A stretch of 63,435 nucleotides of DNA, filler included, from Aduncisulcus paluster (taxonomy: Eukaryota): assembly GCA_024181965.1 (NCBI GenBank). It is 6 parts of 6 records of this genome, joined end to end, with 100 filler letters (N's around TTAATTAATTAA, not from the genome) between each part and the next. Parts side by side here need not be neighbours in the genome. Positions count along the whole stretch, not along the records: positions 7,660 to 26,895 come from BQXS01012689.1; positions 26,996 to 31,547 come from BQXS01012691.1; positions 31,648 to 48,457 come from BQXS01012692.1; 3 more parts are not named here. The stretch is one strand, 5' to 3'. Below, one piece after another: positions 23,251 to 34,003 of the stretch (within the stretch, counting starts at the first letter, position 1; every line of letters begins with the position of its first letter). Below the pieces are notes generated by a model. It was not told where the DNA came from and searched no databases. It saw nothing but the letters and a program-made list of their open reading frames with translations. The position numbers and the translations under genes are program-made.

Positions 23251-24488
23251 TTACTTTCTAGAAGGTGTCATTTGAATACCCCCACTTCCTGACTTTGATT
23301 TTTTAGCCCCGCAATAGCGATAGACGATTACTCCGATACCAATTGCAAAAGCGGCAAGTCCAACAAACAAATAGAATACCCATTTTGGGTTTCCATCCTC
23401 ATATGGATCCACAGATGAAAGGGTTGCTCCAGTGAGAGTAAAAGCTAACCCCACACATGCGATTAAGACAGCTACAGAACAATTGTCATAATTAGGTAGA
23501 TCATCACCATGAATCATGTACGAGATAAGTATGGCCAATCCAAATGGCCCGAAACTTTCTGCAACAGTAATACAAAGTTCTCGAATGAACCAGAACCTAT
23601 CATAGGGATAGATAGTATATTCCGACGTCCAACCGGTATTATCTTCACTGCCACTTCCTGCATCCAATCTAGGGAGAAAAAATGAGAATAGAAAGAGCCC
23701 AAGCGGCTACAAAGAAGAGAAAACCTCCAAACGTAATCTTTGCTTCAGTATCATTCTCATCTTCGCAATAGTGACCGATAGAACAATAAATAAGACAAGA
23801 AAAGCCAAAAATGCAAAGACATCGCATAATGAATGGTTATCCAATAAATCTGAAACACCATACCATTCGTCGTCATTAATGTCATCTCCCAAGAGCCATT
23901 CTATCTTAATAACCCATAAATATTGTCTAATTGCATTGCCCATGAATATAGAAAGGCCAAGAAGTCCAACAAAATAGTATACATTGGGAGGAATGTCATT
24001 CTTGCCTCCTTTGGATCCAAGCATAAGAAGGATGAGAAGGATTACGCCGGACGCCTCTGCAACATATCCCCAGAGTAATCCAGAAACGGTATAAGTGGTA
24101 TAATCTTCTTCATTTGGTCCAACTTTTGGGTTAATTCCCATCTTTTTCAGACGGATCGTATTGTCTGAATCAGAAGGAGGAGAGAAGACGAATGAATAGG
24201 AATCAAATCGTGCAGAACTGGTAATACAATGGAGAGAAGTGGTTTCGTCTTCTGTGCTTTCAGGTTCACAACCATAATTCGCATAGAAATCAACAGAAAA
24301 TACGGTATCTTCAATGCCAAGGGAATCCATGCCGAGAAAGAAACAGAAAACAAGAATGAATTACGATAATACGTAGGGTGAAATAGCACAAAGCTCAGTA
24401 TTAAATGTATCAGATGATCAGGATCTGACATTGGAGTTGGAGTTGGAGTTGGAGTTGGGTGGAATGAAATGGGAGGAGGAAATGTCAT
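23251..24488 (-). CDS. Multi-pass membrane protein, interrupted (in-frame TAG at 23707-23709 or compensating frameshifts; 5' end uncertain)
   Basis: ORFs 23707..24330 and 23251..23667 are in the same frame, with several hydrophobic helices separated by acidic loops and a basic cytosolic tail. ORF 24147..24488 may supply the N-terminus. Confidence 0.5.
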
Positions 24489-25026
24489 GTTCCATGAAGC
24501 ATCAGGGGATTAGATTCGTAGCAGTATACAGACACATGTATACCAATCGTATTCTGAGTTCTTGATATCTTTGATTGTAAGCAAAAGCAAGTGAAAATGA
24601 ACAGAAAGGCAAGGATAAGGATAGAAATGAAATGGAAATATATCCATGTTATTGAATAGCATTGAAATCGTTCATAAATGTTCTTAACACGTGAAATAGA
24701 ACTATATCCAGTCCTGATGGGTCCCAAAAAACCTGAGATATCGAGAAAAAACATGGAAATGAAAATAAAACATGTTTTTAGCATTTATCGGCATTGAAAT
24801 CGTTTATATGTGTTTTTTTAAATTTCCAATCTCATCTATTGAATGGTTGCTTGTTCAGTCTGGCGGCTAGGCACTGATGTCCATTTTTTTCTTGCAAACA
24901 AGCAAATTGTATGTTTACTATACGTCACATCTTTTATTAAATGGATATTAAGAAATATTTTAACCGGATTTATTCATTATTCTGCTTGTTTTTACTTTTT
25001 AGATAAGAAATTCTATCTCTATTCAA

Positions 25027-26895
25027 ATGAGTTCATCCACAGATGCTGTTATTCAAACTGTAGAACCTGAGTTTGTTCATGTAGGAGATGAGAGAAGCTG
25101 TCCAATTCCTAGAGATGCCCCCAATATTAAGAGTACAAAGTTGCTAACTATCGAAGCAATCGATGGAACCAAGGAAGAAGGTGATGAAGAATATTGGTAC
25201 GAAGAGTACCATCAGAGTTTTGAAGCACAAAAGATGATGAAAGGAAAGGATATTTTAAGACAAGTTACCGATTGTCAACATCTTGATCAGAGTAAGTATG
25301 ATCGGAGTTATAAAGCACAAAAGATGCTAACAGGAGAGTGGAACTTTGAAAAAATTACCTATGTCTCCATTCCTTTCTCTTCATCTTCCCCAATGAAAGG
25401 GGCTTATATTTGTATTGATAGTGATTCTTCACCTCCATCACATCTCATCTTCACTCTCACATCTTCAAAGGGCGAGAAAACATCCAAGAAATACGAGTTT
25501 CCTGGATTTAAAGGTTGGCATTGGTATTTTCTTCCTGTTGATCTCCCTGATGTTGTTCTGTGTGAGATTACAGGGAAAGGAAGAGAGAAAGAGTCTTTTC
25601 AAATCGACTCCCTTGTTTTCATTAGAAAAGAAACCCCTGAAGAAATCAAATCTCGTGAAGCCAGAGAGAAACTATGGTCTGAAGCTCAAGTTGTGAAACC
25701 AGAGTTTGTTAAGGAAGGATGGAGAGATTCTATTCCCATTCCACGAGATGATCCAAAGCTTGTAGATCCTTCATTCTCAATGGTTAAGTGCAAGAATGAT
25801 TCAGTGAGTAAGGAATCCGAGGAGTATGATCAGAGTTCAATAGCACAAAGAATGTTAAAAGGGGAGGATTATGTTGAATTATCCCATCTTTCCATCCCTT
25901 TACCATCACCTAGTCCAATGAAAGGTGCTTATATCTGTATGGATGAATGGCAAAGTCCACCCTCTCTTCTCTTCACTTTCACTGATTGTGATGGTAAGAA
26001 GACATTCAAGAAGTATGAATTCACACAACCTAAACATTTATATGAATGGCACTTCCTTCCTATTGGTTTGGATAATGTTGTATTGTGTGAGATTGAAGGG
26101 AAAGGAAGGTGGTTAAATAAGAATAGTCGACGTTTCTTCATCCACTCCCTTGTTTTCCTTCGAGATGATGATATTCCCACCTCTCCTCCTCTTCTCACTA
26201 CTGTTCCTGTTCCTTCCAGTTCATCCAAGACACCCACATCAACTTTGTCTTTGCCATCAAAACCTGTGAAAGAAGAAGAAAAAGAAGAAGAAATTGTTAT
26301 TGAAGGAAATGATAAGGATCCAACACCAAAAGACACCAAACAGAAGAAATCCAAGGATGGCAAGCCCAAGTCTAACCCCAAACACGACTCGCTAACCCTG
26401 ACATCTGCATCCACGCTGACTTCACAGTGTATCATTGGCAGTGGTGGGTTCGGAGAGGTTCTTCTTGTTCTTTTTGATGGCATTCCTTTCCCATGTGTTC
26501 TGAAGAAGATGCTTCGGATTGCGGACAAAACTGTTGTGCAAGGGTGTCGGAAGGAGTTTAAAGTGCAACTCAAGTTGTTTAACAATCCCAAATGTTTCAA
26601 CCGTATCCCACGTCCTCTGTATATCCTTGACCTGCTTGATTGTGATATGAAAGGTGTGTATGGCTTCTTGATGGAGTTCTGTGTTGGAGGCAGTGTGAGT
26701 GCGTTTGCCAAGCGTTGGTGTGCTGATGGCAAGTATGTGAGTGTTGATGATACTGCTGATGATAGTGAACCCTCAGACTCGTTCTCAAGGTCTGGCCCCG
26801 GCCCTGAGAGTGCCGATGTTGACACTGCTGTGCCTGACTTTGACGCCATGACACTGAACCCTGTGAAAGTGTGTTCGTTATGTGTTGGGATGATC
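25027..26895 (+). CDS. Protein kinase with two tandem N-terminal beta-rich domains; 3'-truncated at the scaffold end
   Basis: IGSGGFGEV Gly-loop, CVLKKM (VAIK Lys), alphaC Glu (KEFK) and MEFC hinge. Two similar ~180-200 aa units (V.PEFV..G...PIPRD.P...SIP..S.SPMKGAYIC...KKYEF...W.FLP.....VVLCEI.GKG...SLVF). Confidence 0.85.
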
Positions 26896-26995
26896 NNNNN
26901 NNNNNNNNNNNNNNNNNNNNNNNNNNNNNNNNNNNNNNNTTAATTAATTAANNNNNNNNNNNNNNNNNNNNNNNNNNNNNNNNNNNNNNNNNNNN
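26896..26995. other. Artificial contig-joining linker
   Basis: 44N-TTAATTAATTAA-44N. Confidence 0.97.
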
Positions 26996-29900
26996 GGCAC
27001 ACTCGACCTGATACTCATCCGTCCACACTTCACGGCACACAACATTGTCCGACGGTGTCATGGAAGACAGAGCATCGGAACAGTGTGCACAATATGACGA
27101 ATCTTGATCAATCAAAGAAGCACTGCTACCCACATTCACGGAGAGAGCTGGCGAAAGAGGGAACAGTGCAGCATACACAGTGTCGGACACATTGCACAGC
27201 TTGTTCTCACGCACGTCAAGCGAAGACAGACCAGAGATCGGGAACAAGAGCGAGATGTCCGTGAGACCATTCGAACGGATGGACAGTGTGGACAATGCTG
27301 GAAACATGCTGAGCGAACGCAAGGAAGTGTCACATAATCCAACAGAATCAAGGGTTAATGTCGTCAGAGAGGGCAAGGAGGACAATGTTGTCAGGGAGGA
27401 AAAGAGTGTTGTGGATAAGGGGTTGTTGCTGAGGTTGAGCTTTATCAATGCATTCATGGAGGAGAGCTGGCGAAAGAGGGAACAGTGCAGCATACACAGT
27501 GTCGGACACATTGCACAGCTTGTTCTCACGCACGTCAAGCGAAGACAGACCAGAGATCGGGAACAAGAGCGAGATGTCCGTGAGACCATTCGAACGGATG
27601 GACAGTGTGGACAATGCTGGAAACATGCTGAGCGAACGCAAGGAAGTGTCACATAATCCAACAGAATCAAGGGTTAATGTCGTCAGAGAGGGCAAGGAGG
27701 ACAATGTTGTCAGGGAGGAAAAGAGTGTTGTGGATAAGGGGTTGTTGCTGAGGTTGAGCTTTATCAATGCATTCATGGAGGAGAGGGCAGAAATGTCTGA
27801 GATACTGTTGTCAAAAAGAAACAAATACTGTAAATCTGTCATATTAGCCAATGAATCGATTGTTGATATTTCATTTTGACGAAGATCTAGATAGGTCAAG
27901 TTTATCAAATTTTCCAATGGACGAATATCCGAGACCTGGTTATTATTCAAATATAACTTTGTCAAGTTTGTCAACTTAGACAAAGGAGAAATATCAGATA
28001 TCTGATTTGAAAAAAGATATAGAATTCCCATATCAATCATATCGGATAAAGGGAAAATATCAGCAATAATATTTCCTTGGAGCTCCAATTGCACAAGTTT
28101 TTGAGCTTCTGACAGTACAGAAATATCTGAAATTTTGTTTCCACCAAGGTGCAAAATCATCAGATTAACCATTCCTGATAAAACAGATATATCAGATATG
28201 CTATTTCCAAACAAATACAACTTGACAAGTTGCTCTTTAATACCACTCAAAGAACCAAGAACAATATGAGAGTCTGTCAGACCAGTGTTTCTCAGATCAA
28301 GCTTTGTCAACATTGTGAATGCGGATAAAGACACATCCTCAGAGAGTGCCATGTTCTTCAGATACAACGTGGATAGGGAAGACGATGGAAGATACCCAAT
28401 CTCTGTCGAGTCAATCTCAAGGTCAGATGTGGATGTGCCATTGATGGTGAGTGATGCAAGGTTCGTAGCACAAGACAGCCCTTCGAAGGTATCAACAGAG
28501 GATGCACTGAGAGTTGTCAACGACAGCATGTCAATGTTGGTTATGACGGAACAATCGGAGAGGCCAATAGAATCAACAAGAGCAGAACACACGCCAGCTC
28601 GAAGGTTTGCATCGGGGATAGAAACATCATGGAACTCACAGTTATCGCCATACCAATCTTCAATACAATCAGAATGCACAGAAGCAGCATCCATACCAGC
28701 ATCGACAACACATTGTGAACTAGGATATGCAACAAGTGTATCGACACATGATGGGGCAGACGAGGCAGATTGTGAAGCATCGAGGGAGACACATGTTGGT
28801 GGATCAGACGAAGACGAGGAAGAAGAAGAAGAAGAAGAAGAAGAAGAAGAGTTATAATCACGATAACTGAACAGGGCACACTCGACCTGATACTCATCCG
28901 TCCACACTTCACGGCACACAACATTGTCCGACGGTGTCATGGAAGACAGAGCATCGGAACAGTGTGCACAATATGACGAATCTTGATCAATCAAAGAAGC
29001 ACTGCTACCCACATTCACGGAGAGAGCTGGCGAAAGAGGGAACAGTGCAGCATACACAGTGTCGGACACATTGCACAGCTTGTTCTCACGCACGTCAAGC
29101 GAAGACAGACCAGAGATCGGGAACAAGAGCGAGATGTCCGTGAGACCATTCGAACGGATGGACAGGGTGGACAATGCTGGGAACATGCTGAGCGAACGCA
29201 AGGAAGTGTCACATAATCCAACAGAATCAAGGGTCAATGTCGTCAGAGAGGATAGGGAGGACAATGTTGTTAGGGAGGAAAAGAGTGTTGTGGATAAGGG
29301 GTTGTTGCTGAGGTTGAGTTCTGTTAATGCATTCATGGAGGAGAGGGCAGAAATGTCTGAGATACTATTGTTTTGCAATTTAAGCTCTTTCATATTCTCC
29401 ATATCAGAAAGGGCAGAAATATCTGTTATATTATTGTCGAGCTCTAACTCGATAATACTTGATATTCCCGATAAGAAAGAAATGTCTGAGATATTGTTTG
29501 TACCAAGGTGCAGAGTTGTCAACTTTGACATTCCAGATAGAGCAGAGATATCTGAGATATTGTTGGATGCCAATCTAAGGTAAGTGAGATTAGTGATGTT
29601 GACAAGAGGTAAGACATCTGAGATCCTATTTGAATATAGAGATAGAGTTGTTAGGTTTATCATTCCATATAGAGCAGAAATATCCGAGATGTTATTGTTA
29701 TGGAGATACAGATATTCTAAATCATCCAAGTTTGACAAAGAATCAATGGAAGTAATATGATTAGATCCGAGTTCCAAGGTTGTCAGATTCACCAAACTTT
29801 CCAATGGTCTTACATCAGATATTTGATTGTTGTACAAATACAAATAGGTTAGATTCACCGTTCCAGATAGAGCAGAGATCGAGGATATAGTATTGACGGC

Positions 29901-31532
29901 AAGGTGTAAATATGTCAATTTCACCAAATTTTCCAATGGTTTTACATCAGATATTTGATTGTTGTACAAATGCAAATAGGTTAGATTCACCATTCCAGAT
30001 AAATCGGAAATGTCAGATATTTGATTTGAATAAAGGTATAGAATGTTCATATCATTCATTCCAGATAGAGCAGAGATCGAGGATATAGTATTGACGGCAA
30101 GGTGTAAATATGTCAATTTCACCAAATTTTCCAATGGTTTTACATCAGATATTTGATTGTTGTACAAATGCAAATAGGTTAGATTCACCATTCCAGATAA
30201 ATCGGAAATGTCAGATATTTGATTTGAATAAAGGTATAGAATGTTCATATCATTCATTCCAGATAGAGCAGAGATCGAGGATATAGTATTGACGGCAAGG
30301 TGTAAATATGTCAATTTCACCAAATTTTCCAATGGTTTTACATCAGATATTTGATTGTTGTACAAATGCAAATAGGTTAGATTCACCATTCCAGATAAAT
30401 CGGAAATGTCAGATATCTGATTTGAATAAAGGTATAGAATATTCATATCATTCATTCTGGATAGAGCAGATATATTTGAAATGTTGTTTGCATAAAGAGC
30501 CAAAGTATTGATCTCAGACATCTCAGAAAGATCAGAAATATCCGAAATTTTGTTATTGCCTAGATATAGAATTGACATCTTTGACATTCCAGATAGAGCA
30601 GAGATATCAATGATATTATTTCCTTGGAGCTCTAATCGCACTAGTTCTTCCATTCCGGATAGTGCAGAGATATCTGAGATACTATTATTTGGCAGAGTCA
30701 ACTCAACAAGCTGCCCTTCAACACCACTCAAAGAACCAAGAACAATATGAGAGTCTGTCAGACCAGTGTTTGTCAGATCAAGCTTTGTTAACATTGTGAA
30801 TGCAGATAAAGATACATCCTCAGAGAGTGACATGTTCTGCAGATACAACGTGGATATGGAAGACGATGGAAGATACCCAATCTCTGTCGAGTCAATCTCA
30901 AGGTCAGATGTGGATGTGCCATCGATGGTGAGTGATGCAAGGTTCGTAGCACAAGACAGCCCTTCGAAGGTGTCAACAGAGGATGCACTGAGAGTTGTCA
31001 ACGACAGCATGTCAATGTTGGTTATGACGGAACAATCGGAGAGGCCAATAGAATCAACAAGAGCAGAACACACGCCAGCTCGAAGGTTTGCATCGGGGAT
31101 AGATATTTCAACTTCAGCCGAGACCATGCGGATCGATGAACATATGACCATGAGGAAGAGCATTCGAGTGAATATCAAGAACAAACGATGGTCATGAGCA
31201 GCGTGATTGTTCTGACTTAAAGTATTCGGCAACCTCAAAGAACGAATAGCATGCAATGAAGGCTCTGGTTCTCGTTCAGCACGAAGCTTTGTCTTTGAGG
31301 ACGAGGAAGAAGCTGGACGAAAAGAGATAGTAAAAGGAGAGAAACGGTTGGTAAAAACAAAAGATAATAGGAGCAATAACAAAGAAGGGATGATAAGAGG
31401 ATGGCTCATATGGACATGATCCATCACAAAGGACAGAGAAGGAAACACGAGAAGAAACACGAGAAGAAACACGAGAAGAAACACGAGAAGAAACACGAGA
31501 AGAAAGACAAAAAATAGTGAAGATGTTGTCAT
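26996..31532 (-). CDS. Internalin-like leucine-rich-repeat surface protein with Cys-rich/EGF-like linkers; 3'-partial
   Basis: 22-aa LxxLxLxxNxISDISxLxx repeats, IPDANLRxxxC cap motifs, C..W.GD.C Cys modules and hydrophobic N-terminal segments. The cap-LRR-Cys module occurs twice. A 319-bp tandem duplication near 27143-27780 shifts the frame. Confidence 0.88.
29800..30430. repeat. About three near-identical 198-bp tandem repeats (3 LRR units each) inside the LRR gene
   Basis: ACCAAATTTTCCAATGGTTTTACATCAG recurs at 29923, 30121 and 30319. Confidence 0.9.
31442..31505. repeat. 12-bp minisatellite (GAAACACGAGAA) x~5 encoding LLVF repeats on the minus strand
   Basis: Seen directly; translates as (LLVF)n at the LRR gene N-terminus. 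Confidence 0.9.
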
Positions 31533-31547
31533 GCTCGGTGCTGCTTC

Positions 31548-31647
31548 NNNNNNNNNNNNNNNNNNNNNNNNNNNNNNNNNNNNNNNNNNNNTTAATTAAT
31601 TAANNNNNNNNNNNNNNNNNNNNNNNNNNNNNNNNNNNNNNNNNNNN
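31548..31647. other. Artificial contig-joining linker
   Basis: 44N-TTAATTAATTAA-44N. Confidence 0.97.
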
Positions 31648-32066
31648 CTGTTGGAAAATGTGCGTGTCCTCCCTTCTCTGTCCAATTCTGGAGTGTCCTC
31701 CGACCCATCATGCTGTGGTGGAGGATTCTCTTTTCGCCAGATCTCATGAAAGACCGACAAAATGAATTTTCGAGGTGAATTGTTGGGCAAGGCAGCTACC
31801 ATGTCCGACCTTTCAGTATCAGGGATTAAGGTACTACCCGTGATTTTTGTCGCCACCTGTTTGCACAGAGTCGCCCCAGGTTTTGGGAAATTCACAGTTC
31901 CCGAAGAAACAGTATGGGATTGAGAACTACATGAATCACTATCACCCAAAAGGATATTCAAGTGATCCATGTTGGTAAATCCCAACTCTGTAAACCATTC
32001 CTTCAGCATTTCGACCGTTACTCCATAATCAATCAGTTTTTGAGCAACTTCTTCGACTTCCAGCAT
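31648..32066 (-). CDS. Uncharacterised protein, 3'-partial
   Basis: ATG after an AT-rich leader, about 140 codons with normal composition running into the linker; no family recognised. Confidence 0.55.
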
Positions 32067-32197
32067 GTTTGTTAATAAATAACCGCAATGTTATTCCAAA
32101 CAATTAGAATTCAGTAATTATGGAAATGGAAAATTTGTCCACGTCACACAATTGAAGATTAAATATTGGGAATTTAAAGGGAAAGTTTTGGTAACAT

Positions 32198-33765
32198 ATG
32201 GATAATATATATACAATAACGGTTGTAGGACTGGGTATAGTTGGGAAAACATGTTTAGTCCATCGAATTCTAACGCATCAAAAACTTTTTGATCATTTCG
32301 GAGTTCTGAATAAGGCAAGTGGGTGTCAACCATTTTTTATTAAAAAACAAAAAATATATGGTAATGATACTACATTTGAAATATGGGATACTTCTGGGAT
32401 GAAGAGAATGTTACCTTTAATTGGAATGCATCATGCATTCGGAAATGGCATTTCCGAAAATCTGATGCTATTATGATTGTATTCGACATCATTGATGATA
32501 ATTCGCTTGAAAATGTAAAGGAAATATTTGAAATTGTAAAGGGAACGAAAGAAAAGTGTTCTGCCATAGCTTTTGTTGGGAACTTTTTGGATAAACTTGA
32601 TGTGGTCGATCCATCTGTGGATTTAACTATTGCACAAAGTGAAATTAAAAAATTGGCCTTGGAGAATGGAGTTTTGTATTTTGAAACAAGTGCCTTAACT
32701 GGAGAAGGTGTTGAGGAAATGTTCTCACAAATAGCTGAGAAATGTGTTATGAATAGAAAACGAACGGTCCTCTCTGATCCCTCAGAAAAGTATTTTGCAC
32801 CCTTTCTTGATGAGTATCCTCTTTGTGATATTGAAACCTCTCGAGTTAAATCGACAGAAGGATATAGCCAGAGCAAATTAGTGAAGTTCTTTCAGGGCAA
32901 GACAAGTTTATCATTAACTCCTGATACGGGAGATGTTAATCTACGAATTCCTTTTAAAGAACCACATATTATCAGCCATTTCTATATAAGTAGTCAGAAT
33001 ATTCCAAGTGGGATAAAGAGGTTGAAAATGCATTTTACTTCTGTTGATGAAAAGTTGTATGTTAAAGAATTTGTGAGAGATTTATCTATTCCTCCAGATC
33101 ATTACTTTTGGTATAGATTTCCCGTTGAAATATCTGTTCCAATTAAAGCATGTTATCTTGAAGTCCTCTCTCCAGATGGAGATGATAAACAACCAAAAGT
33201 ACAACTACATGCCATTCAATTTGTTATCGATAAGGAAATGGAGAAGCAGAAAGCTGAAGAGAAACGTTTCAAGATTGAGAAACTTCGTCTTAAAGGTGAA
33301 GCCAGACGAGCTGCAGAAGTGAAAGAAGAGCGACGAGTTGAGATCAATGAATTGTTGAGTGATTTCATCTCTTCCACCAAACAGACTCTGAGTGCTTTGA
33401 GAGATGATCTTGATGCAACAAAGAAAGAATTATCGCACACAAAGGCTGAGCTTGAGGCCAAGAAGACACTTCGAATTCAAGAGAACGAAGAGTTTGAGAA
33501 GCAGCTTGAGTTGAAACAAGCCCAGATGGACTCTTTGTCAAGGGAACTGTCGATGCATCAACAAACGTCTGAGACGAAACGATTGATTCTTTCCCGTGAC
33601 ATTCGATCTCTGCAACGTGAGCTGGCATGTGTCTCTGCTCGTGTGTCTGGACAACCGCCAGAGCTGTGTGCAAGTGTGACAAAGACTCATGCTGACACTG
33701 TTTCGCACGGTAAGAAAAGACAAAATAGAAAAAGTAGAAAAGGCAATCAAAAGAAGTATAAATGA
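32198..33765 (+). pseudogene. Rab/Ras-like small GTPase + beta-sandwich domain + coiled coil, frameshifted by a 20-bp insertion (32432-32451)
   Basis: G1 GLGIVGKT and G3 WDTSG lie in ORF 32198..32476; IVFD, G4-like VGNFLD and G5 YFETSA lie in ORF 32383..33765. Deleting 32432-32451 gives one frame, ...LPLIGMHFRKSDAIMIVFD... Confidence 0.8.
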
Positions 33766-34003
33766 TCTCAATATAATTTCCATCTAAATACAAATTTTCA
33801 AATTTTTATTAAATGATGTCATCAAATAATGTCACATTATCAATGATTTGTTCGAAATTTAAGCGAATATTCCAATACAATATTCAACAATCAAAGCCTC
33901 AACTGAGACAAAACTTAAATGCCATTTAATTTGGTAAAAAAAGAAAAAAAAAAAGAGAAAAGAATTAAAAGAATTATTAATTTAATCTTGAAGGATCATG
34001 AAT

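Noticed and set aside
23707..23709. TAG read as Gln (hexamitid-type genetic code)
   Set aside because: Conserved genes here end properly at TAA (phosphatase, kleisin) and long ORFs lack internal TAA/TAG, so the standard code applies.
25929..26849. 306-aa antisense ORF, and the many short poly-Glu/Arg/Phe shadow ORFs throughout the window
   Set aside because: Opposite-strand or off-frame shadows of real genes and trinucleotide repeats, with no independent motifs.
29800..30430. Regularly spaced repeats resembling a CRISPR array
   Set aside because: They are 66/198-bp coding LRR units with no unique spacers, in a eukaryotic context with no cas genes.
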